Below, in pieces: positions 9,612-20,628 of a stretch of DNA of 64,000 nt. Under the pieces are notes generated by a model, which was not told the origin of the DNA, made no database searches, and saw only the letters and a program-made list of their open reading frames with translations. Origin of the DNA: Patescibacteria group bacterium (GTDB taxonomy: Bacteria; Acidobacteriota; Polarisedimenticolia; Gp22-AA2); contig DASRAN010000074.1 in NCBI GenBank assembly GCA_035638115.1, positions 26,062-90,061 on the forward strand, given 5' to 3'. Positions within the stretch are counted from its first letter, which is position 1; each line of letters begins with the position of its first letter. Both the position numbers and the translations under genes were made by a program.

Positions 9612-11351
9612 GTGACGCTGAGGCGCGGTTGGTGGCATACTCCGCCCGTTTTGCGCGCGCGGGTCGGAATCGCGGAGCACCGGTTCGACGACGGCGGGAC
9701 GGACAACCGCCGACTCGGTCGCGATGTCGCGCTCGCGGCGTGCGCCGTCGTCCTGTCGGTGGCGAGCGCGATCCACGTGGCGCTCTATCCGCGCACCTTC
9801 AACACACCGGCGCCGGCGCCGGCTCTCATGGCGCAGGAGCCGGTGTCCCCGCCTTCGCGTCCCGAGCCCGATCCAGGCGCCGCGCGGCCGCGGCTCGCCT
9901 TCGTGGTGGTCGACGGTCTGCGCGATGACGCCGCGGCGATTCTCGGGCTGGAGGGGGCGCCGGCGCGGGACGGCGCACCGCCCCCCCTGGCGCTCTGCAC
10001 CTTGGAAGCGTCCTGGCCGTCCTTCTCGATCCCCGGCTACGTGGCCATGGCCACGGGCGTGCCGCCCGCGCTCAGTGGCGTCCACAACAACTGGCATCGC
10101 GGCCCCATCGGCCTGGACACCGTGTTCGCGCAGGCCCGGCTGGCGGGCCGATCGGTCTGCGCCGCGGGCGACGAGACCGACGACTGGGGCCGCCTGTTCC
10201 CGGAGGACCTGGGCGTCCAGACGACCGGCCCCCGCGCGTTCGCCATCGCCATCCACGACCTCTTCCTCGACGGCGCCCCCGCGTGCGACCTCACGCTCGT
10301 GCACACGGTCATCGTCGACGACGCCGCCCATGTCTCGGGCGCCGCGAGCAACCCGTACGCGCGCGCCGTCGCGGCGACGGGGTCCTGGTTAAGAGCGACG
10401 ATCGGGCGGATGGATCCCGCCCGGGACACGCTCGTCGTGACCAGCGATCACGGTCACATCGATCGGGGCGGGCATGGGGGGACGGAACCCGAGGTCCTGC
10501 GCGTGCCCCTCTTCGTGATCGGCCGCGGCGCGAGCCGGGAGCCCGCGCCGGACGGTTGCGCCGGAGGGCGCCTGATCGACGTGGCGCCGACCGTGGCGGT
10601 TCTTGCCGGAGCGGAGCCTCCGCGCCAGTCGGTCGGCACGGTCCTTCGCCCGCTGCTTTCTCTCGACCCTTCCGCGCTCGATGCCGCGGATGCGGCGGGC
10701 CGCCGGACGCGCGCCGCGGTCGCCGCGGCGATCGACCGCGCGGACGGCGACCCCGCCGCGGGAGGGCCGGGCCGCCCCCGGCTCTGGACCGGCCTGCTCG
10801 GCCTCGCGGCGGCGGCCGCGTTGGGATGGATGCTCCTGCTGATCGCGGGTCCGGCCGCGGGCGGCCTGCGATCGTGGGCGACGCCCGCTCTCTATCCGGT
10901 CCTGGCCTGGTCGATCCTGCTCCTCCTCGAGCCCGGAGCGACCTTTTCGGCGAAGCAGAACGACTGGCCCGAGTACGGCCTGCGGATCTTCCTGCTCCTG
11001 TCGATCCCGGCGATCACCGCCTTTGGCTCCCTGATTCTCGCCTTTTCCCAGGCGGACCCCGACGCGGCGCGGCGGACCCGCGCCGTCGCGCTCGCCGGCG
11101 CCGCCGCCTCGTGGCCGATCGTCGTCGGCCTGCACGGCAGCCCCTTCGGCGCGCCGCTCGGCGAACCGCACCTGTCGTTCGCCGTCGTCCTGGCCGGGCT
11201 GGTGGCCAGCGTCGGCTGCGGCTATCTCGCGCTGATCCTGGCGCTCGACGCCGCCCTCGCCTGGCTGGGGGCGGGGCGCCCGGCCCGGACCTGGGCCGAG
11301 GGGGCCGCGATCGCGCGCCAGACCCTCGCCCGGCTGTACGGATCGCGCTGA
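9612..11351 (+). CDS. Alkaline phosphatase-superfamily membrane protein (phosphodiesterase/phosphotransferase)
   Basis: VVVDGLR, SFSIPGY, DDAAH and TSDHGH...GHGG motifs; one N-terminal TM and a multi-TM C-terminus. Start codon uncertain. Confidence 0.8.
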   Translation: MTLRRGWWHTPPVLRARVGIAEHRFDDGGTDNRRLGRDVALAACAVVLSVASAIHVALYPRTFNTPAPAPALMAQEPVSPPSRPEPDPGAARPRLAFVVVDGLRDDAAAILGLEGAPARDGAPPPLALCTLEASWPSFSIPGYVAMATGVPPALSGVHNNWHRGPIGLDTVFAQARLAGRSVCAAGDETDDWGRLFPEDLGVQTTGPRAFAIAIHDLFLDGAPACDLTLVHTVIVDDAAHVSGAASNPYARAVAATGSWLRATIGRMDPARDTLVVTSDHGHIDRGGHGGTEPEVLRVPLFVIGRGASREPAPDGCAGGRLIDVAPTVAVLAGAEPPRQSVGTVLRPLLSLDPSALDAADAAGRRTRAAVAAAIDRADGDPAAGGPGRPRLWTGLLGLAAAAALGWMLLLIAGPAAGGLRSWATPALYPVLAWSILLLLEPGATFSAKQNDWPEYGLRIFLLLSIPAITAFGSLILAFSQADPDAARRTRAVALAGAAASWPIVVGLHGSPFGAPLGEPHLSFAVVLAGLVASVGCGYLALILALDAALAWLGAGRPARTWAEGAAIARQTLARLYGSR

Positions 11352-11415
11352 CGAGGCCGATCCCATCGACTCGCTGCGGCCAGGACTGAGGGCGCGGGCG
11401 GAACGGTCCCGCCGG

Positions 11416-13929
11416 TTACTCGGCGCGCAGCGCCACCATGGGGTCGACGCGCGTGGCGCGCCGCGCCGGAACGAGGGTGGCGACGAGCGAGATGACGGCG
11501 ACCAGCGCGGCGACGGCGCCATAGATGACCGGGTCGCGCGGGCTGACGCCGAACAGAACGCTCTGGATGCCGTCCCCCGCGACGCTGGCGAGACCGAGGG
11601 TGATGAGAAGCCCGAGCCCGAGACCGAGACCGGTCTGCAGCGAGCCCTGGCGCAGCACCATCCGCAGGATCCGCTTGCTGTCGGCCCCGAGCGCCATCCG
11701 CACGCCCAGCTCCTGGGTGCGCTGGCTGACCGAGAACGACATGATGCCGTAGATGCCGGCGCCGGCGATGATGGTGGCGACCAGGCCGAAGATCGTGAAC
11801 ATCGTGGCGATGATGCGGTTGGCGCTGACGAAGCCGTCGATCTGCCGGCTGGGCGTGCCGACGAAGTAGAGCGGCAGGTTCGCGTCGACCTTGGCGACCT
11901 CGCGGCGCAGCGTGTTGGCCAGATCGTCGGCGCGCTGGCCGCCGCGCGGCTTCACGATGACCGTGGCGAACTGGCTGACGAACGGCTCCGGCTTCACCGG
12001 ACCGTTCGGCTGGCAATAGAACGGTACGTAGAAGCCGGTCTCGTCCACGTTCGGGATGTTGAACGGCGGCATCATCCGCACCATCGTCACCACGCCGACG
12101 ACGGTGCGCCACGGGCCGGGCTGGTCCGTGTTGCCGTCCAGGGCGCGGAAGCGCCGGCCCAGGGCGCTCTCGTTCCCGAAGTGCTTCTTGGCGAAGGCCG
12201 TGTTGACGATCGCGACCGGCAGCTTGGCGTCGAGATCGTCGTCCTGGAAGCGGCGCCCTTCGACCAGCGTCTGCCCCAGGACGTCGAAGTACGTCGGCGT
12301 GACCTGCTCGAAATTGGCGTTCGGCCGATCCTTCTTCTCCTTGTACTCCTTGCCTTCGATCTCGATCGGCCCGCTGCCCGAGAAGACCATCCGGAAACGA
12401 TTGGTGAGCGCCACCGCCTCGAACTGCGGATTCGCGCCCAGGTCGCGCACCAGGCGATCGAAGAAATTCCTGCGCGCGTCCTGGGTCGGATAATCCCCGT
12501 CCATCAGCCCCATGCGGGCCGTCATCAGGGCCTTCGTGTCGTAGCCGTAGTCGATGGTCTGCTGCTTGAGGATCGACTGCATCTGGAGGAGCGACCCGAT
12601 GAGCAGCACGCAGGTGACCACCACCTGGAGCACGACCAGGCTGCGCATGACCAGCCGGGTCGCGCGGCTCGTGCTGCCGCGCCCGCCCTCCTTCAACAGC
12701 CCGATGACGTTGGAGCGCGAGCCCATCCAGGCCGGCGGCAGCCCGGAGATCAGCGCCGCCCCGAGCATCGCGGCGACGGTGAAGGCCAGCACGGGGCCGT
12801 CGATCTCGAACGAGATCCACGAAGGGATCGGGTTGTCGAGGTTGCGCGTCGTGGTCATCAGCAGGCTGGTGCAGTAGTAGGCGAGCCCGACTCCGATCGC
12901 GGCGCCGAAGACGGCCACCACCAGGTTCTCGGTCAGCATCTGGACGATCAGGCGGCCGCGCGTGGCGCCGAGCGACGAGCGGATCGCCAGCTCACGCGCC
13001 CGCAGCGTCGCCCGGGCGAACTGCATGTTCATCACGTTGACGCAGCCGATCAGGAGCACGCCGACGCAGAACGCCAGCATGGTGAGGAGCGTCCCCCGAA
13101 GCGGAATCGGCGTGAAGGTCTTGAGCAGCGGCTCGACCTGCCCGGCGTTGAACGCCTTGTTGGTCTCCGGATACGTCTCGGCGAAATGCTTCGCGAGCGT
13201 CGCCACCTCGGCGTTGGCCTGATCGAGGCTGACGTCCTTCCTGAGCAGCGCCAGCACCGCGGGGCTGATGCTGCGCTGGTCGTTGCGCTCGCGCACCGGG
13301 AACTCGGTGAACAGGGGGACCCAGAGCTCCTCGTTGGTCGGGAACGCGAACCCGGAAGGCATCACGCCGACGATGGTCGCCGGCGTCCCGTTGATGCGCA
13401 GCGACTTGCCGATGATGTCGGGCTTGCCGCCGAAGTCACGCTGCCAGACGGCGTACCCGATGATCGCCACCTTCTCGGCGCCGGGCTTGTTGTCCTCGGG
13501 CGTGAAATCGCGACCAAGAACCGGCGACATGCCGAGGATGCGCAGGAAGGCGTCGGTCACGTACGCGCCGGTGTAGCGCCGCGGCGTGCCGTCGATCGTC
13601 GCGTTGACGGTCGAGCCGTTCAGATAGGCCGCCATCAGATCGAACGACTGCTGCTTCGGCCTCAGCTCCTCGAAGTCGGCCGACGAGATCTGGCTGTTCA
13701 CTCCGAAGAAGTTCCGGCTGGTCGGGTCGATGAATCGGACGCTGACGAGGCGGGCGGCGTTCGGGAACGAGAAGCCGCGCAGCATCACCCCGTTGACGAC
13801 GCTGAAGGTGGTGGTGACGCCGCAGATGCCGAGGGCCAGCACCGTGACGGCCATGGCGCAGAACCCCTTCTCGCGAAGGAGGACGCGCAGCCCGACTCGC
13901 AGATCCTGAATGAAGTGATCGGTGCCCAT
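11416..13929 (-). CDS. ADOP-family duplicated MacB/FtsX-type ABC permease
   Basis: QDLRVGLR...ALGICG, RELAIRSSLGA, RTQELGVRMALGA and PARRATRVDPMVALRAE. Confidence 0.93.
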   Translation of the reverse strand: MGTDHFIQDLRVGLRVLLREKGFCAMAVTVLALGICGVTTTFSVVNGVMLRGFSFPNAARLVSVRFIDPTSRNFFGVNSQISSADFEELRPKQQSFDLMAAYLNGSTVNATIDGTPRRYTGAYVTDAFLRILGMSPVLGRDFTPEDNKPGAEKVAIIGYAVWQRDFGGKPDIIGKSLRINGTPATIVGVMPSGFAFPTNEELWVPLFTEFPVRERNDQRSISPAVLALLRKDVSLDQANAEVATLAKHFAETYPETNKAFNAGQVEPLLKTFTPIPLRGTLLTMLAFCVGVLLIGCVNVMNMQFARATLRARELAIRSSLGATRGRLIVQMLTENLVVAVFGAAIGVGLAYYCTSLLMTTTRNLDNPIPSWISFEIDGPVLAFTVAAMLGAALISGLPPAWMGSRSNVIGLLKEGGRGSTSRATRLVMRSLVVLQVVVTCVLLIGSLLQMQSILKQQTIDYGYDTKALMTARMGLMDGDYPTQDARRNFFDRLVRDLGANPQFEAVALTNRFRMVFSGSGPIEIEGKEYKEKKDRPNANFEQVTPTYFDVLGQTLVEGRRFQDDDLDAKLPVAIVNTAFAKKHFGNESALGRRFRALDGNTDQPGPWRTVVGVVTMVRMMPPFNIPNVDETGFYVPFYCQPNGPVKPEPFVSQFATVIVKPRGGQRADDLANTLRREVAKVDANLPLYFVGTPSRQIDGFVSANRIIATMFTIFGLVATIIAGAGIYGIMSFSVSQRTQELGVRMALGADSKRILRMVLRQGSLQTGLGLGLGLLITLGLASVAGDGIQSVLFGVSPRDPVIYGAVAALVAVISLVATLVPARRATRVDPMVALRAE

Positions 13930-14136
13930 GGAGGTCTCCCGGCGCGATCATACGGTCGCTCCCGGACCCGGGTTCCGGGAGATTCGCGGGACCGGCCGGC
14001 GCGGGCGCGGGCGACCCCCGACGGCGGGACGGGCACGGCCTCCCGGCCGACCGCGGCTCCGGGGCCCGTCGCCCTGTGTATGATGACGGGTCCGCCGGGC
14101 CCGGGCCCGCGCGGCCATCACACTCAAGGAGACCCC

Positions 14137-14748
14137 ATGATGCGTCCGACCGCAGCAAGACTGGGCACCGCCGCCATGATCCTGATGCTCGCCCCGCTGG
14201 CGCAGGCGCAGACCGGATCCCAGCCGCCCCAGATGACACCGGAGCAGAAGGCCGAGATGGAGGCCTACATGAAGGCCGGCACGCCGGGCGCGCCGCACCA
14301 GGCGCTGGCGGCCTCGGCGGGCAGCTACGAGGTCAAGGTGAAGTCGTGGCACGACGTCAACGGACCCGCCGCGGAGTCGACCGGCACCGCGACGCGCACC
14401 ATGACGCTCGGCGGCCGCGTGCGCGTCGAGGATTTCAGCTCGTCGATGATGGGGACGCCCTTCACCGGTCACGGATCGCTGGGCTACGACAACGTCACCG
14501 GCAAGTACTGGTCGACCTGGAACGACTCCATGTCCACGGGGCTGATGGTCAGCGAAGGCACCTGCGACGCGCAGGGCAAGTCGTGCACCTTCACCGGCTC
14601 GTGGAACGATCCGGTCAAGAAGACCCCGATGAAGGCGCGCATGACCACGGCGTGGACGAGCCCCACGACCGAGATGTTCGTCATGTATGCCCCGGGGAAG
14701 GACGGCAAGGAAATGAAGATGATGGAGATCACCTACACGAAGAAGTAG
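14137..14748 (+). CDS. Secreted DUF1579-family protein
   Basis: AAGGAG RBS; signal peptide; TPGAPH...GYDNVTGKYWSTWNDSMSTG...MEITYTKK. Confidence 0.85.
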   Translation: MMRPTAARLGTAAMILMLAPLAQAQTGSQPPQMTPEQKAEMEAYMKAGTPGAPHQALAASAGSYEVKVKSWHDVNGPAAESTGTATRTMTLGGRVRVEDFSSSMMGTPFTGHGSLGYDNVTGKYWSTWNDSMSTGLMVSEGTCDAQGKSCTFTGSWNDPVKKTPMKARMTTAWTSPTTEMFVMYAPGKDGKEMKMMEITYTKK

Positions 14749-14762
14749 GCCGGGGTCCCCGC

Positions 14763-14799
14763 GGTCTCGCCCGGCCCGGCGGCGGCGCCGGGCGAGGCC
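14763..14799. terminator. GC-rich hairpin between convergent genes
   Basis: Arms GGTCTCGCCCGGC and GCCGGGCGAGGCC form a 13-bp stem with one G-U pair. No U-tract. Confidence 0.4.
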
Positions 14800-14803
14800 T
14801 GTG

Positions 14804-17227
14804 CTACTCGGCGCGCAGGGCGGTCATCGGGTCGACCTTCGCGGCGCGCGAGGCCGGAACATAGCAGGCGAGAAGCGCCGCCGCCGTCATGATCAAAGAC
14901 GCCGCGCCGAACGTCCAGGCGTCCATCGGGCCGACGCCGAAGAGGAGACCGCGGAGGAGACGGCCCAGGGCGAGGGCCGCGATCAGGCCCAGCCCGACCC
15001 CGGCCGCCACGAGGGTCATCCCGTCCATCAGAACCAGGGACAGCACGTCCCTCCGCCGCGCGCCGAGCGCCATGCGGATGCCGATCTCCTGGGTGCGCTG
15101 CCCCACGGCATACGACAGGATGCCGTAGATGCCCACCGCGGCGAGCAGCAGCGCCACCGCGGCGAACAGTCCGAGCAGCGCGGTGCGGAATCGCGGCTCG
15201 GCCACCGACCTGCCGAGCAGCTCGCGCATGGTGCGCACCTCCGCCACGGGCAGCTGCGGATCGAGCGCCGCCACCTGCGCGCGGATCGCCTGCGCCAGAC
15301 CGGCGGAGCCCGAGGCCGAGCGCACCAGCAGGTACATCGTCGGCCACCAGAGATTCTGCTCGTAGGGCGTGTACATCGTCGGCGCGGGCGCGGCGTCGAG
15401 CCCGGTGTACTTCACGTCACCGACGACGCCGACGATGGTGACCCAGGGCGAGCGGGGATCCGGATCGCCGAGCTGGAGCCGCCGGCCGATCGGATCCTCC
15501 CCGGGGAAGAGCGTCGACGCCATGGTCTGGTTGATGACGACCACGTCGGGCGCCGCGGGCGTGTCGCCGGCGTCGAACGCCCGGCCGCGCAGCAGCGGCA
15601 CGCCCAGCACGCGGAAGTAGGCCGGACTGATCAGGAGCTGCGCGATCGCGGGAGCGTGCCGGCCGGGAGCGAGCGGACGGCCCTCGATGGTGTAGGGGTT
15701 GGTCATCACCAGCAGGTTCGGCGGCAGCGCCATGGAGATCGCGACCGCCTCGACGCCCGGCAGGGTCGCCGTCTGGTCGATCAGCCGCCGGAAGAGCGCC
15801 GATCTCGCCGGACCGTCGGGATAGCGCGCCTGCGGCAGGGAGACCGACGCGGTCAGGATCTCCCCTGACTCGAATCCCGGGTTGACCTGCTGGAGACGGA
15901 GAAAGCTCCGGATCAGGAGCCCCGCCCCGACCAGGAGCATGATCGCGAGGGCGAACTCGCTCACCACGAGCAGGCTGCGCAGCCTCCGGCCGCGGCGGTC
16001 GGTGGTGCCGCGGCCGCCGTCGTGAAGCCCGACCGTCAGGCCGGCGCGCGAGCCCTGCAGCGCCGGAGCCAGCCCGAACAGAACGCCGCAGACGACCGTG
16101 ACCGCGAGCGTGTAGCCGAGCACTTCGAGATTTGTCCCGACCTCGTTCAGGCGGGGCAGGTTCGCGGGCCCGAGCCGCGCCAGGAGATCGGTCCCCCAGA
16201 GCGACAGGAGCGCGCCCGCCAGACCGCCGATCCCCGCCAGCAGAAGGCTCTCCGTCAGGAGCTGGCGGACGAGTCGGGCCCGGCCGGCTCCGAGCGAGGC
16301 CCGGATCGCCATCTCCTTGCGTCGCGCCGTGGCGCGGGCCAGGAGCAGGTTGGCGATGTTGGCCGTCGCGATCAGCAGGACCAGCGCGACGGCGCCCAGC
16401 AGGACGAGGAGCGCCGGACGCGCGTCCCCGATCATCTCGTCCTTCAAGGGCGCGGTGCCGAGCTGCCAGTCGGACGACGATTCCGGGAATCGCTCCTTGA
16501 TCCGTCGCGCGACCGCCTGCAGATCGTTCCGGACGGCGGCCGGCTCGGCGCCCGGGCGGAGCCTGGCGAGAGCGCTGATGAAGAACGGCGGCCGTGAGTC
16601 CGATCGCTCGGGGCGGAAGATCGGCCAGAGGTCGGCCACCCGGTCGTGGGGGAACCGGAAGCCCGCCGGCATGACGCCGACGATGGTGTGGCTCGTGTCG
16701 TTCACGCCGATGGCCCGTCCGATGACCGCCGGGTCGCCCCCGAAGCGCCGCTGCCAGAGGGCGTGACTCAGCACCACGACCGGCGCGGCGCCCGGCTCGT
16801 CGTCCGCGGCCACGAAGCCGCGTCCAAGGACGGGTCTGGTCCCCAGGAGGTCGAACAGCTCGGCGGTGGCCGCCGTCCCGTTCACCCGCTCGGGATCGCC
16901 GAGACCGGTGAGGGCGAAGCCGCCGACCGGGGAGTAATAGGCCGCCACCGGTCCCAGGGCCGGGGCAGCTTCGCGCAGGGCCACGACGTCGTCCGTCGAC
17001 AGCACGTCGTGCGAGGAGGGCGAGCTGGTCCACGACTGGTAGACGCTCACGAGCGTCCCGGCGCCCGGGTAAGGCAGGGGGCGCAGCAGGACCGCGTCGA
17101 CGACGCTGAAGATCGAGGTGTTGGCGCCGATCCCGAGCGCCAGGGTGACGATCGCCGCCGCGGTGAGCCCCGGGTTCCTGCCGAGCATCCGCATTCCGAA
17201 GCGCAGGTCCTGCACGAGAACGCTCAT
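14804..17227 (-). CDS. ADOP-family duplicated ABC permease
   Basis: QDLRFGMR...[37 protein letters not shown] and [10 protein letters not shown]. Confidence 0.94.
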   Translation of the reverse strand: MSVLVQDLRFGMRMLGRNPGLTAAAIVTLALGIGANTSIFSVVDAVLLRPLPYPGAGTLVSVYQSWTSSPSSHDVLSTDDVVALREAAPALGPVAAYYSPVGGFALTGLGDPERVNGTAATAELFDLLGTRPVLGRGFVAADDEPGAAPVVVLSHALWQRRFGGDPAVIGRAIGVNDTSHTIVGVMPAGFRFPHDRVADLWPIFRPERSDSRPPFFISALARLRPGAEPAAVRNDLQAVARRIKERFPESSSDWQLGTAPLKDEMIGDARPALLVLLGAVALVLLIATANIANLLLARATARRKEMAIRASLGAGRARLVRQLLTESLLLAGIGGLAGALLSLWGTDLLARLGPANLPRLNEVGTNLEVLGYTLAVTVVCGVLFGLAPALQGSRAGLTVGLHDGGRGTTDRRGRRLRSLLVVSEFALAIMLLVGAGLLIRSFLRLQQVNPGFESGEILTASVSLPQARYPDGPARSALFRRLIDQTATLPGVEAVAISMALPPNLLVMTNPYTIEGRPLAPGRHAPAIAQLLISPAYFRVLGVPLLRGRAFDAGDTPAAPDVVVINQTMASTLFPGEDPIGRRLQLGDPDPRSPWVTIVGVVGDVKYTGLDAAPAPTMYTPYEQNLWWPTMYLLVRSASGSAGLAQAIRAQVAALDPQLPVAEVRTMRELLGRSVAEPRFRTALLGLFAAVALLLAAVGIYGILSYAVGQRTQEIGIRMALGARRRDVLSLVLMDGMTLVAAGVGLGLIAALALGRLLRGLLFGVGPMDAWTFGAASLIMTAAALLACYVPASRAAKVDPMTALRAE

Positions 17228-17440
17228 CGATCCCTCCGGTGGCCCCCCCGGCCGGCGACGGCCGCGCCGGCGCGCTGCGAATCGCGTACCAGCCGGGGGC
17301 CGCGTCCGACCCTCCGTCCGGCATCCGTGCGGAGCTCCCCTCCGGGCGGGCGCCGGCGGGGAAGCTGTCCGATCCTGGGACTAGGCGTCCCGATTCGGTT
17401 GACAGACCCCCGCCTCTTGGGGCACGGTCAGGCCGATCTC

Positions 17441-18967
17441 ATGAGACCGTTCGAGTCGTCGAGCCGCTTCGTGGGGAGGGGCTTTCGGAAGTGGCTCCTC
17501 CTCGCGCTGCTTTTCCCCTTTTCCCATGCGGGGGCGCAGACGCTCTACGTCGACGACGACGCTCGGGCCGCGTGCCCGTGCGGGAATCCGGCGAAGAACG
17601 ACCCGGCCTGCGGCGGGCCGGAGAAGCCGTTCTCCTGCATCCGGGACGCCGTCGCGGCCCAAGTCCCCTTCGACACCATCGTCGTGCGTGACGGCACCTA
17701 CCACGAATGCGTCGGCGTCAATCAGGGCGGCGCGAGCGAAACGCAGCGCCGGACGATCGAGGCCGAGAACGTCCACGGCGCTCTCATCTCCTGCACGTCG
17801 AAGGAGTACGTGGCCCTGTACATCCATGCGAGCTACCTGACGGTGCGGGGGTTCCGGGTCACCGGCGGCAGCACCGGGATCTACATCGACGGGGCGAAAC
17901 CCGACCACCACGACGCGGGCACGGGCGTCGTGGTGGAGGATGCCGAGGTCTTCGGCAACTCCACCGGGGTGCTGGTCCAGAAGGCCTGCGCCGGCACCCG
18001 GCTGTCCCGGCTCGACATCCATCACAACACGCCGCATGACGGGCTGAAGATCGACACCGCCTACCCGGGGCGCATCACCGACACGATCGTCGAGGACTCC
18101 CACGTGCACCACAATCGCAACCAGGGGATCGGCGAGGGGAACGCCGAGCACACGATCATCCGCAACTGCGAGGTCGACAACAACGGCACCGACGGCCAGA
18201 CCCACGGGTTCTACATGAAGGGCTTCGAAGGGCTCATCCAGAGCAACAAGGTGCACGACAACTCCGGGTACGGGATCCATCTCTGGGCCGCCCCGCGCGG
18301 GACGGCGGCGCGCCATTACATCGTGGAGAACAACGACGCCTACGCGAACGGTTCGGGCGGGATCGTCCTCGGGGGCAACCCCGGCGAGGCCGCCCCCGCC
18401 CCGCCGCTTCCGCCCGGCGACGGACTTCCGCACTACGTCGAGATCCGGAACAACAGGCTCCACGACAATCGCAGCGCCGGGTTCGTGTACTACGGCAGCC
18501 GCTGCGACGACAGCGCGAACGACAATTCGTTCCACGACAACACGGTCTATGACAACGGCGCCATCGCCCTGCTCATCTCCAGCCTGCACAACGACGCCGC
18601 GGCCACACGCCTGACGCTCAAGGACAACGTCTTCCTCGGGCGCCCCTACACCGACGGCGCGGTCCTGGCGCTTCTCATCAACACCAGCCTCGATCCGGGG
18701 ACCCTGGATGGGAATACCTTCTACGTGCCGGGCGCCAGTCCGTCCACGCCCGGCCTGTTCCGCTGGCTGTGCAATGGCTGCCGGACGCCCCCCGCCACCG
18801 AGATCCGGTACAGCTTCGATCAGTTTCGCGACCCGGGGGTCAGGCGGGCCATGATGCGCCGGCCCGAGCCGAGCTGCGGCTCGCCTGTGACCTTCGAGCT
18901 CGACGAGCGGTCGAAGTGGGCCGACCCCGGGATCGTCGTTCCGGGTCCGCCGGCCGCTCCACGCTGA
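17441..18967 (+). CDS. Secreted right-handed parallel beta-helix (pectin lyase-like) protein
   Basis: Signal peptide ending HAGA; TLYVD...PFSCI.DAV; repeated I.NN..HDN...G units. Confidence 0.8.
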   Translation: MRPFESSSRFVGRGFRKWLLLALLFPFSHAGAQTLYVDDDARAACPCGNPAKNDPACGGPEKPFSCIRDAVAAQVPFDTIVVRDGTYHECVGVNQGGASETQRRTIEAENVHGALISCTSKEYVALYIHASYLTVRGFRVTGGSTGIYIDGAKPDHHDAGTGVVVEDAEVFGNSTGVLVQKACAGTRLSRLDIHHNTPHDGLKIDTAYPGRITDTIVEDSHVHHNRNQGIGEGNAEHTIIRNCEVDNNGTDGQTHGFYMKGFEGLIQSNKVHDNSGYGIHLWAAPRGTAARHYIVENNDAYANGSGGIVLGGNPGEAAPAPPLPPGDGLPHYVEIRNNRLHDNRSAGFVYYGSRCDDSANDNSFHDNTVYDNGAIALLISSLHNDAAATRLTLKDNVFLGRPYTDGAVLALLINTSLDPGTLDGNTFYVPGASPSTPGLFRWLCNGCRTPPATEIRYSFDQFRDPGVRRAMMRRPEPSCGSPVTFELDERSKWADPGIVVPGPPAAPR

Positions 18968-18980
18968 CCGGCGCCCGTCC

Positions 18981-20618
18981 CTACGAGTGCGTCCCCGGCG
19001 CCTCGTGGCCGGTGCGCTCGACATACTCGACGTAGGTGCCCGGATAGACGTGCGGCTCCGCGTCGCGGCCGCTCTCCCCGCCCAGCTCGAGCACCCGCGT
19101 CCCGAGACCGCGCAGGAAGGTGCGGTCGTGCGACACGAAGAGCATCGTTCCCTCGAACGTTCGCAGCGATTCGACCAGCATCTCCTTGGTCGCCAGATCG
19201 AGGTGATTGGTCGGCTCGTCGAGGACGAGGAAGTTCGGGGTCTCGAACAGCATGCGGGCCATCGCGAGACGCGAGCGTTCGCCGCCCGACAGCGCGCGCA
19301 CCTTCTTGTCGACGTCGTCGCCGGTGAACTGGAAGGCGCCGGCGAGGGTGCGCAGCACGCCGATCCCCTCGCGCGGGAAGTCGGCCTGCAGCTGCTCGAG
19401 GACGGTGAGGTCGGCCCGCAGGACGTCGAGCGACTGCTGCGCGAAGTAGCCCATCTTGAGTGAGGCGCCGAGACGCACCCCGCCCGAGTCCGGCGCGAGC
19501 ACGCCGGCCACGATGCGCAGGAGCGTCGTCTTGCCGGCGCCGTTGCGGCCCATGACGGCCCAGCGCTCGCCGCGCCGAATCGTCAGGCTCAGGCCGTCGT
19601 AGATGACGCGCCGGCCGTAGGCCTTGCGGACGTTCTCGATCACGGCCACCTGGTCGCCCGAGCGCGGCGGCTCGCGGAAGTCGAAGGTCACGACGGCGCG
19701 CCTTTTCGGCAGGGTGACCTTCTCGATCTTGTCGAGCGCCTTGATGCGGCTCTGCACCTGCGCCGCCTTGGCGGCGTGGGTGCGGAACCGATCGATGAAG
19801 CGCTGCTCCTTGGCGAGCATCGCCTGCTGCCGGGCGTAGGCCGCTTCGCGGTTCGCCTCGCGCAGGCGCCGCTCGCGGTCGTAGAAGTCGTAGTTCCCGG
19901 AGTAGACGGTGATCTCGCCGCCGTCGATCTCCGCGATCTTCGTGACCACGCGGTTGAGGAACTCGCGGTCGTGCGACGTCATCAGGAGCGTGCCCGGATA
20001 GGCCTTGAGGTACGACTCCAGCCAGACGATCGACTCGATGTCGAGGTGGTTGGTCGGCTCGTCCATCAGGAGCACGTCGGGCCGGCCGAGGAGCACGCGC
20101 GCCATCGCCACGCGCATCTTCCAGCCGCCCGACAGCGCGCCGACGTCGCCGTCGATCCGCTCGTCCTCGAACCCGAGCCCGTGCAGTACCTCGCGCGCCC
20201 GGCTCTCGAGCGCGTACCCGCCCAGGTGGTCGTACTCCTCCTGAACCTCGCCGAAGCGCGCCAGGATCGTGTCCATCTCGCCGGCTCGCTCCGGATCGGC
20301 CATCGCCTTCTGCAGCGCCTCGAGCTCGTGATGCAGGTCGCCGACGCGCCCGCTGCCGGCGATCGCCTCGTCCAGGACCGAGCGGCCCGACATCTCCTCG
20401 ACGTCCTGGCGGAAGTACCCGATGGTCAGCTTGCGCGGGACCGTGACCTCGCCGTCGTCGGGCGTCTCCTCGCCGGTGATCATCCGGAACACCGTCGTCT
20501 TGCCGGCGCCGTTCGGCCCGACCAGACCGGCCTTCTCCTGCGGGTTGAGCTGGAAGGAGGCCTCGACGAAGAGGACCTGCTTGCCGTACTGCTTGCTGAC
20601 GTTCGCGAAGGAGATCAT
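18981..20618 (-). CDS. ABC-F family ATPase
   Basis: Two ABC cassettes (GPNGAGKT/LSGGW/DEPTNHLD and GRNGAGKT/LSGGE/DEPTNHLD) and no TM segments. Confidence 0.95.
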   Translation of the reverse strand: MISFANVSKQYGKQVLFVEASFQLNPQEKAGLVGPNGAGKTTVFRMITGEETPDDGEVTVPRKLTIGYFRQDVEEMSGRSVLDEAIAGSGRVGDLHHELEALQKAMADPERAGEMDTILARFGEVQEEYDHLGGYALESRAREVLHGLGFEDERIDGDVGALSGGWKMRVAMARVLLGRPDVLLMDEPTNHLDIESIVWLESYLKAYPGTLLMTSHDREFLNRVVTKIAEIDGGEITVYSGNYDFYDRERRLREANREAAYARQQAMLAKEQRFIDRFRTHAAKAAQVQSRIKALDKIEKVTLPKRRAVVTFDFREPPRSGDQVAVIENVRKAYGRRVIYDGLSLTIRRGERWAVMGRNGAGKTTLLRIVAGVLAPDSGGVRLGASLKMGYFAQQSLDVLRADLTVLEQLQADFPREGIGVLRTLAGAFQFTGDDVDKKVRALSGGERSRLAMARMLFETPNFLVLDEPTNHLDLATKEMLVESLRTFEGTMLFVSHDRTFLRGLGTRVLELGGESGRDAEPHVYPGTYVEYVERTGHEAPGTHS

Positions 20619-20628
20619 CGAGGGGCGC

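Noticed and set aside
12181-14136. Long N-terminal extensions on ORF-track calls (here DUF1579; likewise 16646-17440 and 61862-62389)
   Set aside because: They overlap real genes. Downstream starts with an RBS and/or signal peptide fit better.
18981-20618. ABC-F as an antibiotic-resistance (ARE) gene
   Set aside because: No leader peptide or resistance context is visible. It looks like a housekeeping ABC-F, and a subfamily HMM would be needed to say more.
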